This document shows positions 1-12,627 of a stretch of DNA of 64,000 nt, one piece after another. The stretch is from NCBI RefSeq assembly GCF_963921235.1, contig NC_086097.1:62250001-62314000 (forward strand), read 5' to 3'. The first letter of the stretch is position 1. Every line of letters begins with the position of its first letter. The notes beneath the pieces were generated by a model, which saw only the letters and a list, made by a program, of their open reading frames with translations, was not told the origin of the DNA and ran no database searches. This DNA is from Mobula hypostoma. Its lineage: Eukaryota. The translations under genes and the position numbers were made by a program.

Positions 1-1334
1 AGAGCTGAAATCAGGTTGATCGAAACTAAAGACCAATAATCTAACAATAAAGAACACACAGTCTCTTTGTGTGATGTCCCACCTAGTATGATGCTGCATT
101 CATGCTCAGCACACACATTGCAGCAGTTCATTGAGGGATGACCAGTAAACTTCAACAACACCTCTGATGCCCACATTCCAAGAATGAATTAAAAGCTATA
201 CAAATGGATTAAAAATCAGGAATAGGGCCAGTGCCATCATTAAGTCCTTCAATGTCCATCACATAGAAGCATACATCTTATTTTGCAAATTTGAAATCCT
301 AGTTATAGCTTTGCCAGAAACACTGTTGTGATCATTAATCAAATGATGTGAAAATCTTATTCATCTTAGTCCACAATCTCCAACTTTTCATAGGCTAATA
401 ATGATCAGCATGTTTGCACTCCACATATCATGTTCAAGATATTTTATTCACAGATGTGTTTCTGCTATTATTTTCACATCCTTTTCTAATTCTTGCTGGA
501 TTTTTATTAGCTTTTATGCATCAATCAATATAATTGCTTTGATGAGAAGTAAGTTAAACTTTCTCTTTTATGTGGCTCTGTTGCTGTGGCAATTGTAATA
601 TGAGCATAGGCCTAATGAAGATATTCCTTCCTTTTGCTTCGAACCTTCAATCTTTTACAATGCACTTATTTAAGTAACATCACAGAAGCCTGGACCTACC
701 AATGCACTGCTCTGTACTCTTTTGAAATAATCATGTCCTTTGCCGACCCAATTATAATTTGCAAGTTGGAAACCTATGCCTTTTGCAGACAAGCTTCAGG
801 AATTGGATGAATTTTCATTGAGATCTGAGCCAGATGGCAGTGAAAAGCAGAACAATGAACAAGAATGCAGGGTGTCTTTATGCTGAGCATTCTTTGCAAA
901 AAGAATACAACTCCTTTCACAGTTCTAGGATGATTTAAATTCAAGATAAATTCCAATGCTGTAAAATTAAACTGTAATTACTGTTGCACTGTAGGAAATG
1001 CAGCCATTTTTAACAAAGCAAGATTTCACGTATTGAAATACTGACAAAATAATTTACCCACTTGATGGTACCTAATCTAATAATCTCTAATTAAGCATGC
1101 AGTAGGAAATCAGAGGGAGGAATCTGCATAAATTCAATGTTGTTACGTTCAATTGTGAGGTCACAAGTTTATTCTCTGTGCTCAGAAGTATTTTTTTACG
1201 TTCCGTTATGTGCAAACAGCTGACAAATTATATTTGTTAGCCAATACAAAATGTACAATTTTTGTTGGCTAGAACATATGGTACCTTAATGCAGTATAAT
1301 TGATTATTGATTACAGAAGGAAGGAACTGAAGTT

Positions 1335-2030
1335 CATGAGCCAGTCCTCATGGAGGAGACAATCAGTAACTTTAAATTCCTTGGCATCATCATATCAAAG
1401 GATCTGTCTTGGGACCATCACGTCCTGTAATTGACATCACAAAGAAGGCACAACTGCTCTACTGTTTTAGAAATGTGCACAGATTGGCATGTGATCTAAA
1501 ATTTTGGCAAACTTCTACAGATGTAGAGTGGAGAGCATCTTGACTGGTTGCATCATGATCTGGTATGTAAACACCAATGTCCATGAAAAGCCTACAAAAT
1601 ATGGTGGACACAGGCAAAGCTCTCGCCACCATTGAGCCCATCTACAAAGAGCACTGCCAGAAAAAAGTTGCACCTATCATCAAGGAATCTCATCTTCCAT
1701 GCCATGTGCTCTTCTCACTGTTGCCATTGGGATGGAGATACACCATGAGGTTCTAACAGTTATTACCCTTCAACTCTAGGCCCCTGAACCAACATGGATC
1801 ATTTCACTCAACTCAGCTCTGAACTGGTTCTGCAACCTATGGACTCACTTTCAAGGACTCCTCAGTTTATGTTTTCAGTATTATTTATTTATTTGATTGT
1901 TCGTCTGTTTGTTTATTTACTTGCACAGTTTATCTTCATTTTCTCATTGATTGTCAGTCTTTGTGTGCAGTTTTGCATAGATTCCATTGTTTTCCTTTGT
2001 TCTCCTGTGAACGCTTGCAATAAATTTCTG
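1335..2030 (+). mobile_element. Rex1/Babar-like LINE, decayed 3' fragment
   Basis: Degenerate RT C-terminal coding (FKFLGIIISKDLSW...KKAQ) followed by a T-rich 3' UTR ending in AATAAA; boundaries approximate. Confidence 0.7.
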
Positions 2031-2474
2031 AACATTGCAGTAACTGCCTTTATCTGACAGCTTGAAAACATACATAAAGAAATATCTGAGTAGCAGGATG
2101 CCCCAAAGCCATTCCAACCATGGAAACATTTTGCATGTGTAGTCACAGTTGGAATGTGTGAAATGAACTTGCCAATTTTCACACAGCAACCCCCCAAAAA
2201 AGTGTTGTGATGATCTAGTTACATTATGAGGGACAAATAATAATGCAAACAAAATAAATAATTTAATTGATCTGTTAAATGCATCCAGGAGAGCCGACAT
2301 AGATACTTCCTCTAAAGGTTAACACATTTGAGAGTGTTAAACTCCCAGTGCTTTCCTTGATAATAGTCCTAACTTCATATAACAGCAGCAGGGCATGAAC
2401 TCAGAAGTTTTTGATGTACAGAGTACAGATCACATTTTGTCTGTATTGATATTAAATTATCCATTATATTGTGA

Positions 2475-5400
2475 ATATAAAGACAAACCTGTGAGATATG
2501 GGAACTCTGAGAGACCATCGTCTCCCTGCTAACTACATCTACATGAGGTGTGTCCAGCTGCAGCCCCTTATAAGCCATTTTAAGGAACTGGAGCCGCAGC
2601 TGGATGACCTTCAGATCATACTGAAGGCAGAGGAGGTGATGGATAGGAGCTACAGAGATGTAGTTGCCTCTAAGTTGCAGAGGCAGGTAGATGCGTATCA
2701 GCATATGGAAAGGAAACAGATGACAATGCAGAGGCCTGTGAGTGTTTCCTTCAATAATAAGCATATTATGGGGAGGGATGAGCTACCAGGGGGTAGCTAC
2801 AGTGACCAGATCTCTCCCAATGAGTCTGGTTCTATGGCTCAGAAGGGAAGGCAGAGAAGAGGACTGCAGTAGTGATAGGGGATTCCATAGAGGAGCAGAC
2901 AGGAGGTTTTGTGGACATTAAAGAGACACTCATATGGTATGCTGCCTCCAGGGTACTAGAGTCAGGGATTTCTGCAATCAGGTCCACAGCATTCTAAAGG
3001 GGAAGGGTAAACAGCCAGAATCCATGGCACATATCAGCACTAATGGCATAGGTAGGAGAAGGTACGATGTCCTGAAGAGAGAATATAGGAAGCTATGCAG
3101 ACAGCTGAAAAGCAGGACCTTAAGGATAGTGGTAACTGGATTATTACCTGTGCCAAGTGCCAGTGTGGGTAAAATTAAGATGATTTTGCAGGCAAATGTG
3201 TGGCTGAGGAATTTGTGCATGGAGAAGGGTTTCAGATTTTTTGATCGCTGGGATCTCCTCTGGGGGAGGAATGACTGTTGTTACGTACCCCGTAACTGGG
3301 TTGCCAAACCAGCAGAAATGGATCACTCAGTTGGAGTCTGGATTACTAGAACTAAGAAAGTTTTATTAAAGGAACAAGCAACACAGTAATCGAAAGGATA
3401 ATAAATGCAACAGTTCAGCAATGATAACCACACATGTGCACAGAATTAAGATAACAGCATCAATCAAGCTCTATCGTTGTCTAGGGGTAAATGACCAAAT
3501 TTCAAAGTGACTCAAAGTTCAGTCCAGTTTAGTAGTTCAGTTCGCAGTAATCGTTGCCATGGCGATGGACAATGTGGGGGAAGAGAGAGAGAGAACAGGA
3601 ACAACTGATCATTCAGACACGGCTTCACTCACAGACCGGCGATTTTGGGCAGGTCCTTGGTGATGTCACCTGAGGTCACCGACTGTGACCCCTCCTCCAG
3701 ATGCGGTCGATCCTCTGCAGTGAACCCGGCACCCAGGCAAGGGCAGACACACACCGGGTTCCCGCTGATCGTACCTTTCCACCCTGGCCGTTGTCTGATA
3801 CTTCCCACCGACTCGTGAGAAGCATACCGCTTCCAGGGTCTCGTTACCTCGGGTGGCGTGTGTGTCTTAGCAAACCGGTCCCTTTTTATCCCCCTGCTGG
3901 GGTATCACCTGTCCATCATTTCAAACAGTTCAGGGTTCAAAGGGGGAGCCGCTCCAGACAGCTCTCTCTCCCACGTCCCTTCATTACACATCTCCAGACG
4001 CTGCTCCATTGTTCCTTATCTCTCCTTCCCCTGAGGGCAGGTGGCAGACCACTTGCTGATGTCACTGATGCTAACCCAGGCCAGCAAACATCTTAATTTT
4101 ATGTGTATTCTCATCACACTGTATAAAAAGGATGGGTTACACCTGAACCCAAGGAGGACTAATGATATACTAACTGCCCCATTCTTACAAGTAGTGTTCA
4201 TAATATGAGAGAATTCACCCTGTAGTTTGAGAGGAAGAGGCAGAAATCAGATGTATCAGTATTACAGCAGAATATAGGGAACTACAGAGGCATGAGGGAG
4301 ATGCTGGCCAAAGTTGATTCAAAAGGGACACTAGCAGGGAAAATGGCAGAACGGCAATGGCTGAACCTTTTGGGAGCACTTCTGAGAGTGCAAGATAAAC
4401 TCATGCCAAAGAAGAAGCAGCATCTTAAAGGGAAAATGAGACAACCTTGACTGACAAGGGAAATCAAAGATAACATAGAATCAGAAGGGAGAGCATATAA
4501 AATACAAAAATTAGTGGAAGCTAGAGGATTGGGAAGCTATTATAAACCAACAGATGGCAACTAAAAAGCAATAAAGAGAGAAAAGGTGAAATATGAAGGT
4601 AATCTAGCCAAGATTGTCAAATAGGATATAAAAAGTTGTCTTCAGATATATAAAGAGTAAAAGAGAGGCAAGTTTAGATGTCAGACCATTGGAAAATTAC
4701 AATGTAGGGGTATTAATGGGGGACAAGGAAATTGTGGATGAACTGAATAAATATTTTACATCAGACTTCATTGTGGAAGACACTAGCAGTATGCTGGTGG
4801 TTGAAGAGTATCAGGGCATGTTGGAGTAGAGGATGAGGTTTTGGGGTACTTGAAGGCACGTGATAAAATAGGCCAAAATCAGCATGGGTTCCTTAAGGGA
4901 AAACCTTGCCTGACAAATGTGTTGAAATACTTTAAGAATATAAGTAAGATAGACAAAGCACAAATGGTGGATGTTGTGTACTTGGATTTTCATAAGGCCT
5001 TCGACAAGGAGCTACATATCAGGCTGCTCAGCAAGATAAAAGCCCATTCTATTAGAGAAAAGATACTAGTATGGATAGAGCATTGGCTGATAGGCAGGAA
5101 GCAAAGAGTGAGAATAAAGAGAGCCCTTTCTGATTGGCTGCCTGTGACTAGTGGTGTTTCACAGGTGTCTGTGTTGGAACAGCTTCTTTTTCTGTTAAAT
5201 GTCAATGATTTATATGATGGAATTGATAGCTTTGTGGCCAAGTTTGCAGACCATATGAAGATAGGTGGAGAGACTGGTTGTGTTGAAGAAGCAGGGAGTC
5301 TGCAAAAGGGCTTAGCCAGATTAGGAGAATGGAGAAAGAGGTGGCAGATGGAATATAGTGTCAGGAAGTGCATTGCCATGCACTTCAGTAGAAGGAAAAA

Positions 5401-6128
5401 AAGTGTAGACTAGTTTTTAATTGGGGAGAAAATTCAAAAGTGCAAAGTGCAAAGCGATTTAGGAGGCATAGCTGAGGATTCCCTAAAGGTTATCTTGCAG
5501 GTTGAGTCAGTGATGAGAAAGACAAGTTATCATTCATTTCAAAGTGAATAGAAAATGAAAGCAAAGTTGTAACATTGAGACTTTATAAGGCACTGGCGTG
5601 CCTCACTTGGAGTACTATGAGCAGTTTTGAGCCTCTTATCTAAGAAAGGATGTGCTGGTATTGAAGAGAGTTCACAGGAGGTTCACAAGAATAAGAATGA
5701 AGAGCATTGATGACTCTGGGGTTGTACTCACTGGAATTTAGAAGAATGAGGGGTATGTCATCAAAACCTATCAAATGTCGAAAGGCCTAGATAGGGTGAA
5801 TATGGGAGAGGATGTTTCCTATTGTGGGGAGTCTAAGAACAGAGGGCAGAGCCTCAGAATAGAGGGATGTTCATCTAGAAAGGAGATGACAAGGAATTTC
5901 CTTAGCCAGAGGGTGGTGAATCTGTGAAATTCGTTGCCACAGGCGGTTGTGGAAGCCAGGTCATTGGGTGCATTCAGATAGATTCTTGTTTAGTCAGGGC
6001 ATGAAAGGTTATCGGGAGAAGGCAGGAGAATGGGGATGAGCGGGAAATAGAGCTGCCATGATGAAATGGCAGAACAGACTTGAATGGCCTAATTCTGCTC
6101 CTATGCTATATAGTCTTATGGTCTTATA
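2475..6128 (+). mobile_element. CR1 LINE, internally deleted and decayed (ORF1 Cys-rich + SGNH esterase, ORF2 RT, 3' tail), interrupted by a solo LTR
   Basis: ORFs 2498-2872 and 2934-3278 resemble CR1 ORF1 (VIGDS, CCLQGTRV, FRFFDRW, continuing YKKDGLHLN after the LTR); ORF 4841-5413 has CR1 RT motifs QHGFLKGKPCLTN, VDVVYLDFHKAFD, KFADHMKIG; 3' end TCTTATGGTCTTAT. Confidence 0.9.
3279..4118 (-). mobile_element. Solo LTR of the Gypsy family at 11577-16097
   Basis: TG...CA termini, high identity to LTR 11577-12455, 4-bp TSD CTGT (3275-3278 / 4119-4122), splits CR1 ORF1. Confidence 0.95.
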
Positions 6129-6129
6129 A

Positions 6130-6755
6130 GCAATTTAGATATACATGTGCAAGGTTTGATTAGTATGATTGTGGATAATACTAAAATAGATGGTATTGTA
6201 GACAATGAAGAAGTTTATCAAAGTTTACAGAGGTGGGCTGAGGATTGGCAAACAACATTCAATTCAGATAATTGAGAGGTGTTGCATTTTAGGAAGTTAA
6301 ACTATAGCAGGACTTACATAGAGTATGGTCAGGCCCAGCAGGTTATTGTGGCACAGAGGGACCCAGGAGCAGTAGTCTCGAGTTTGCTGGAAGTGGCTTT
6401 TCAGGTAGACTGGATGGTGAAGAGTAAGCATCCGAAACACTGGTCTTCATCAGTCAGGGCATTAACTATAGGAGCTTGGATGTTATATCACAATTGAACA
6501 AGACCTTGTTTCATTACCACTCTTATCAATACACCCATCAAAAACATTCTGACTGGATTCATAACAGCTTGGTATGGCAACTGCTCTGCACATGACAACA
6601 AGAAACTGCAAGAGAATTGTGGGCACAGATCACACAGCAGGAACTAACCAGGACTCTGTCTATAGTTTTTTCTGCCTCAGTAAAGCAGACAACATAATCA
6701 AAGACCCCTACCACCTTAGACAATTCCTCTTCTGTTCTCTCCCATTGGGCAAAAG
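6130..6755 (+). mobile_element. Adjacent decayed CR1 RT fragment (about 6130-6510) and Rex1-like fragment (about 6520-6755)
   Basis: Degenerate ISMIVDNTKIDG / WQTTFNSDN motif, then ILTGFITAWYGNC motif. Confidence 0.6.
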
Positions 6756-7749
6756 AAATGTTCCCCTGTTTTGGGAAATATGCCAGCCATGGAGAATTTA
6801 AAGCTGAATTGGTACAGCTACGATCCAAATTAAAGTTTCTGTAATTAGTTTGTTGGTGAATGTGGTATCTGATACATTGCCATTGACAACTTTTCCTGAA
6901 CAATTGATAATTAAGAGTAGACTGGTGGCAGAGAGTTAGTGTGGATTTCATTTTACATTATCACTGACATATGTCATAAAATTTGTTGTTTAATGTGTAG
7001 CAGAATGATGCAAAATATAAAAATCACTAAGTTACAAAATAGTGCAATACATAAATAATTAAATACTGCTCATTCTTAAAGCATGATACAACTTTAGAGT
7101 GTACTATTTTGGTCAGTAGATCTTAGTGACGCAACTATGCTAGAACAATTTAATTAGTGACATGGCTTATTCAGAAGCACAAACTTTCATCAGGCAGCCA
7201 GACAGGTTTTGTGGTTTATTACTTTTGTTTAAGAGGTACGATCAAGCATTTCATGATGTCATGTGGAGTGGATGCAATGGGGTGACCCCAGAAGATGATC
7301 CAGTTGTCTCTTCTGGCTGAACATGGAAGCAAACACCAGCTTTGCCTTTTTCACTCACATGCTGGGATCTGTAATTATGATGTTTATGGAGCCTGTTCCT
7401 CCATTTAGTTGTTTAATTATCCATCACCATTCACAGCTGGATGTGACAACATTATAGAGCTTTAATTGAATCATTGGCTGTGGTATTTCTTAGTTGTATT
7501 TATTGGCTGCTACACCTAAGGTTTTGACTGCCCATGGCCCCAATTTGTAAGTTCACTGGGTTCATACCCTAGAGTTCCTCAATCGACCAAAGGCAGTGGT
7601 AATACATTGAAGGGCCTTTCATCATCGGTGACTGTCTTTGCTGAGAAGCTTGCTGCTGAAATATGGAAAGTAGTCCATGTTTTCAAGGCCTAACATTGAG
7701 GGAAAACAGTAGGTTGTAGTAGGAGCAGGTTGTTGGAGAACCTACTTTC

Positions 7750-8055
7750 AAAGATTCAAAAGTTCAAAATAAATTTATTATCGAAAGTAGGTATATAATA
7801 TGCAACCCTGAGATTAATTTTCTTGCAGCCATTCACAGGAAAATAAAGAAATATAGTAGAATTCATGACAATCTATACATAACAAGGCAGAGCTCCTGAA
7901 AGTGCGTGTACAGGCTGTGGAGTTAGTTCAGCATTGAGGTGCGTGAAACCAATCACACCAGTTCAGGAGCCCAATGGCTTCAGGACAACAGCTGTTCCCA
8001 AACCTGGCAGGGAGGGACCCAAGGCTCCTGCACCTCCTGCCCAACGGTAATAGCA
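7750..8055 (-). mobile_element. Rex1-like LINE 3' end
   Basis: Minus-strand TTTGAA-like tail repeats, ATAAA, and PLGRRCRSLGS...ARFGNSCCPEAIGLLN RT C-terminal motif. Confidence 0.6.
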
Positions 8056-10028
8056 AGAGAAGAGGGAGATGGGTCAAATGCAGGCAGACAGAATAGGCTC
8101 TGGTGAGGGATCTTGGCTGGCCTGAAGTAGTAGGGTTGAACAGCAGTTTATTTTCCATTCTCAGGCCTTGATGCTTTAATCCAGCTTGAAATCGAGCCCA
8201 GCAATACCTGACTTTCCTCTTCAAGATGCTGTATCTGTATTCCTGAGAGTCAAGTTCACCAAATCCTTCAGCAGCTCGTAAAATAGCTAACTTGTTTAGA
8301 CAGTTCAAAAGTTTGCTTCTTAAAGAGAAATTACAGGGTACATACTACAGTGATCATAGTTCGGAAGAAGTAAATCTAGTATAATATCTAGTAATTTTGG
8401 GAGCTGCCCACAGAAGTCATCATATATCTCCACCCTCTCAAGGGCTTCACATCTGTTTAATGAACTGGGAGCACGTGGAAGCCCTACATAAGTGTCAGAA
8501 GGTTCAAAGCATCTCATAATCCATCCACCAGCCTACCCTGTCAGCCACCCCTTGCCTCATCCATGGAAGGGTCCAGTCTCTCTCCTTGCCTTCTTTTGTC
8601 ACCTCTGAACCCACAAAACCAGAGTAGAAATAAGTTATCTTCAACGGCTAAGTGATTACCTATAAAGACATTATCCTTCAGTATACATTATGCTTCAACA
8701 TGCTCTTTTACCCACCTTACTGTAAGAGGTTTGGTCCCCCGGTTTGTTTATGATGATATAATTAAGGATAAAGCAGGCCTTGAGTTACAGATTGGAGTGA
8801 AATATAATTCTCCTGCTTCTGTTAGCTCACCACATCTTATAATGTCATCTTTGAGGTATTAATTAAGTATGAATCCATTCTATTTTTCACAGTAGTAGCA
8901 CCACAGATAATGATAGAAATTTTGATGTAACTTCTCATCAATAATAATGCAGTGGTCATTCTCATCAGTACTTTCTAGGGCAGAGACTATCAGAAGCAAA
9001 GCCATTTTCTAGTCATTTTGTCAGAGGCAACATCAAGGAAGTATAATTTTTAAAAATAATTTCCTTCAGACGTCTGACTGTTTGGTGTGGTATTGCATGC
9101 CTCCGTTTGCTCATGGCTCAAGGTGAAAATCTGAGCCCCTCTCAAATCATCTCAAAGATGAAAGCAGTTCACGGATAACTCCATCATCTTCTCAGGTAGG
9201 ATGTTGCTTTGCCAGTATTGCCAATATGTAGACAACAGATCGAAGAATTTTGGGATAGATACTGAGGACATCTGCAGATTACTTCAAGAAGAATTTTATT
9301 TTAGGATGTCAGCAGCTGATTAATCAGATGATGGGAAGAAGCGCAACCAAACACTGCATACTGACTGGCCTCCAATTACATGGCTTGACACTGCTGTAAT
9401 CAGAAATTCTGTGGAGAAGCTCTTGAGGTTTTTACCACCAGTGGAGTAAAGAAGGCAAGGTACTAAAAATATTAAGTTTATTAAGTGGAAGGTTCAAGTT
9501 TGTACAATTCATCTGTACTTTCCTCAATCATAGGACATTCTCAAACCAGCTCCCAATCACATCCATGAATTCCAGAACCTCTGGTGGGACTAGAAAGCCA
9601 CTTGTCATTCCAGCCAGATATCTGTTTTTATCGGGGTTGGGCATGACACTGCTGGGTGAGCCTAGGAAATTAAAACTCTATAGCTCCCTACTGTTGGAGT
9701 TTAGATCTCTGCATTGATAGACCAGTCAGATAGAAAATTAAAGCCCAATCCAAGCTCAATCCATTCCCCACTAATCTAAAAGCAAAATAATCCCAGTTTA
9801 TCAGAACCCTGCACAACGTAATCCAAACCCAGAACACCCACTAATCTAAATGTGACTCCATCCTGACTGATCAGAACCCAACACAAACTAAAACAGTCCA
9901 AAAACAACACAATCTCAGATTAGCTCTACCCAATATGATCCAAACCTAATATAATCCCTATTATATTATGTGGGGCTCACTAGACTGAATCCAAAGTAGT
10001 CCAAACAATGTACACTCAGCTGATACAA

Positions 10029-10846
10029 AGTTTCAAAGGTACAATTTAATGGCAAAGAAATGTAAATTATATTCATCCTGAAATGCTTTCTCTTCACAAC
10101 CATCCATGAAAACAGAAGAGTTCCCCAAAGAATGAATTGCAGTTAACTGTTAGAACCCCAAAGTCCCCCCCAAGCTTTCCCCTCCCGTGCATAAGCGGCA
10201 GCAAGCAACAATCCCCCCTTCCTCCACTGGCAAAAAAAAATGCATCAGCACCAGCACCGAGCTCTCAAGTGTGAGCAAAGCAACAGCAACGACATAAACT
10301 TTGCAGTTACCCCAAAGACTTCACGTTTCACCTGGTATTCGACATCCCACAGGTTCTCTCTCTCCCTGTTAAGGGAGAAAGAGTTGTCTTCATTTTCCCA
10401 GCAAGTGAGGAGACATAACAAACAACTTGTTGCTTTACGAAGTTAAAAGTCCGCCACATCGCTTTTTTCGAGCTTTGTACCCAAAAAACTGGGCACACAG
10501 CTGCAGATATTCTGACTCCCTCGATGACACATGGGTCTCCTGTCATGACACTGACACTCGATCTGCCTGTCTCCAGAGCCCCGAGATCCTAGGCTTCCAA
10601 ATCCAAGCCGGATTCTTTGGCTGAGCCTTTGGTGTGTCGAACAACAATGGCCGGTTGTGAAACCCTGAGAGTGGGTCCCATTCTCACAATGAACCGTAGT
10701 CAGTGTGTAACTCCAGGTTAGGGTCTTCAAAAGAACCCTGAAAGAGAAAAATAGAGATATTAAAGATGGAAATAGAGCTGTTTCCGAAGATGCAAGTAAA
10801 GGAGTTGCCGTTAGGTGCCATTAACCCTCCTCAGCTCCGTCTAAGA
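10029..10846 (-). mobile_element. Non-autonomous non-LTR element (GC-rich 5' end, Rex1-type 3' tail)
   Basis: Homologous to 45510-45930; CTTTGAA-type tail; flanking GATACAA duplication (10022-10028 / 10848-10854). Confidence 0.6.
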
Positions 10847-11576
10847 AGATACAATTTCTTTCATACCCAATTCAGATGTATATGCACAACCACATCAATG
10901 AAGAATAGATGACACTTGCTATGAAGCCAAGCAAAACATCCTCAGCTGGATGGAGAACTGAGCCAACCCAGCCCAGACCCAGCACATGTCATTATTCCCT
11001 TTGGACTTAAATCGGATAGATTAGTCCTACGTTATTTCAAAGGTTAAAATAAAACTTAATTCTCAATGATAATTTAAATTTGCACTGTTCCTTCAGAAAA
11101 TCAATACATTTTGAACCATAACAGATGAAGCAGTAATTGTCAATGTAGTAAAGGAATGCAAATGCAAATTCAGAGCCCAGGAGAGGTAGATCACCTCTAG
11201 TGTATGTAAATCTAGGAGATAACGATTCACACATTCATGCTGTCTTCATAAATCAATTATGAAAACTTTGCTTAATCCCTCACAGAGAACAACTTTAAAC
11301 ATGTCAGTCATTCCCAGCTGATGCATCAATCAACGATAACCAATAAAGCAAGTCTTGATAAAACACCAGTTTGCAATTATGCAGAATTGTTACCATAACA
11401 AGTTATCCCAAATCAACGAAAATCACAAATTTATCATTGTTACAGACCCAGAGGTGCTTGAGAAAGAAATTATAGTAATTCCTTTTTAGCAGATAAATGG
11501 GGATCATTTTTCTCTTCACAATCGGTAGGAAAATGGTAAATGTGCTCTCTGCTAAGTCTCTTCCCAGTTTTGCTAT

Positions 11577-12455
11577 TGTTACGTACCCCGTAACTGGGTT
11601 GCCAAACCAGCAGAAATGGATCACTCAGTTGGAGTCTGGAGTACTAGAACTAAGAAAGTTTTATTAAAGAAACAAGCAACACAGTAATCGAAAGGATAAT
11701 AAATGCAACAGTTCAGTGATGATAAACACACATGTGCACAGAATTAAGATAACAGCATCAATCAAGCTCTATCGTTGTCTAGGGGTAAATGACCAATTTC
11801 AAAATGACTCAAAGTTCAGTCCAGTTTAGTAGTTCAGTTCGCAGTAATCGTTGCCATGGCGGTGGACAACGTGGGGGAAGAGAGAGATAGAATAGGAACA
11901 ACTCATCATTCAGAACGGCTTCACTCACAGACCAGCAAGATGGCTCACAGACCAGCGAGATGGCTCACAAACAGCTTTTGGGCGGGTCCTTGGTGATGTC
12001 ACCTGAGGTCACCGACTGTGACCCCTCCTCCAGATGCGGTCGATCCTCTGCAGTGAACCCGGCACCCAGGCAAGGGCGGACACACACCGGGTTCCCGCTG
12101 ATCGTACCTTTCCACCCTGTGCGTTGTCCGGTACTTCTCACCACTCGTGAGAGGCGCACCGCTTCCAGGGTCTCGTTACCTCGGGTGGCGTGTGTGTCTG
12201 TCTTAGCGAACCTGTCCCTTTTTATCCCCCTGCTGGGGTATCGCCTGTCCATCACTTCAAACAGTTCAGGGTTCAAAGGGGGGAGCCACTCCAGACAGCT
12301 CTTCCTCCCACATCCCTTCATTACACATCTCCAGACGCTGCTCCATTGTTCCTTATCTCTCCTTCCCCTGAGGGCAGGTGGCAGACCAACTGCTGATGCC
12401 ACTGATGCTAGCCCAGGCCAGCAAACATCTTAATTTTATGTGTATTCTCGTAACA
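11577..12455 (-). repeat. 3' LTR
   Basis: Direct repeat of 15219-16097; adjacent to PPT. Confidence 0.96.
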
Positions 12456-12467
12456 CTTCCCCCCTTT
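12456..12467 (-). promoter_or_regulatory. Polypurine tract
   Basis: Minus strand AAAGGGGGGAAG immediately before the 3' LTR TG. Confidence 0.9.
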
Positions 12468-12627
12468 AAGGATTTTTACCGGGAGGTAAAAATTACAAAC
12501 ATGACTACATTATCTGATACATACACAATATACATCTTTAACAGTTATTTAGCTAATACAGAGAATTTGAAGCTGTCAACACCTTGACAGACAGTCATCA
12601 CATTTTCTGTTCCTTTTACACGTGTTA

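Noticed and set aside
780..886. Possible terminal exon (DKLQELDEFSLRSEPDGSEKQNNEQECRVSLC) after TTTTTGCAG
   Set aside because: Short, unrecognised, and no supporting upstream exon in the window
8080..9650. Apparent decayed long minus-strand coding region (possible viral or pseudogene relic) including ORFs 7928-8308 and 8320-8517
   Set aside because: Manual translation of the upstream minus-strand frame examined gave stop codons at about random frequency and no recognisable motif; the 3' part of ORF 7928-8308 is a Rex1 tail
9760..9910. About 70-bp degenerate tandem duplication (CCCACTAATCTAAA twice)
   Set aside because: Two diverged copies in C/A-rich low-complexity sequence with no further structure
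11960..12433. 157-aa and 145-aa ORFs repeated at 15602-16075 and partly at 3701 and 60684
   Set aside because: They are GC-rich LTR sequence duplicated with the LTR; frames differ between solo and paired copies
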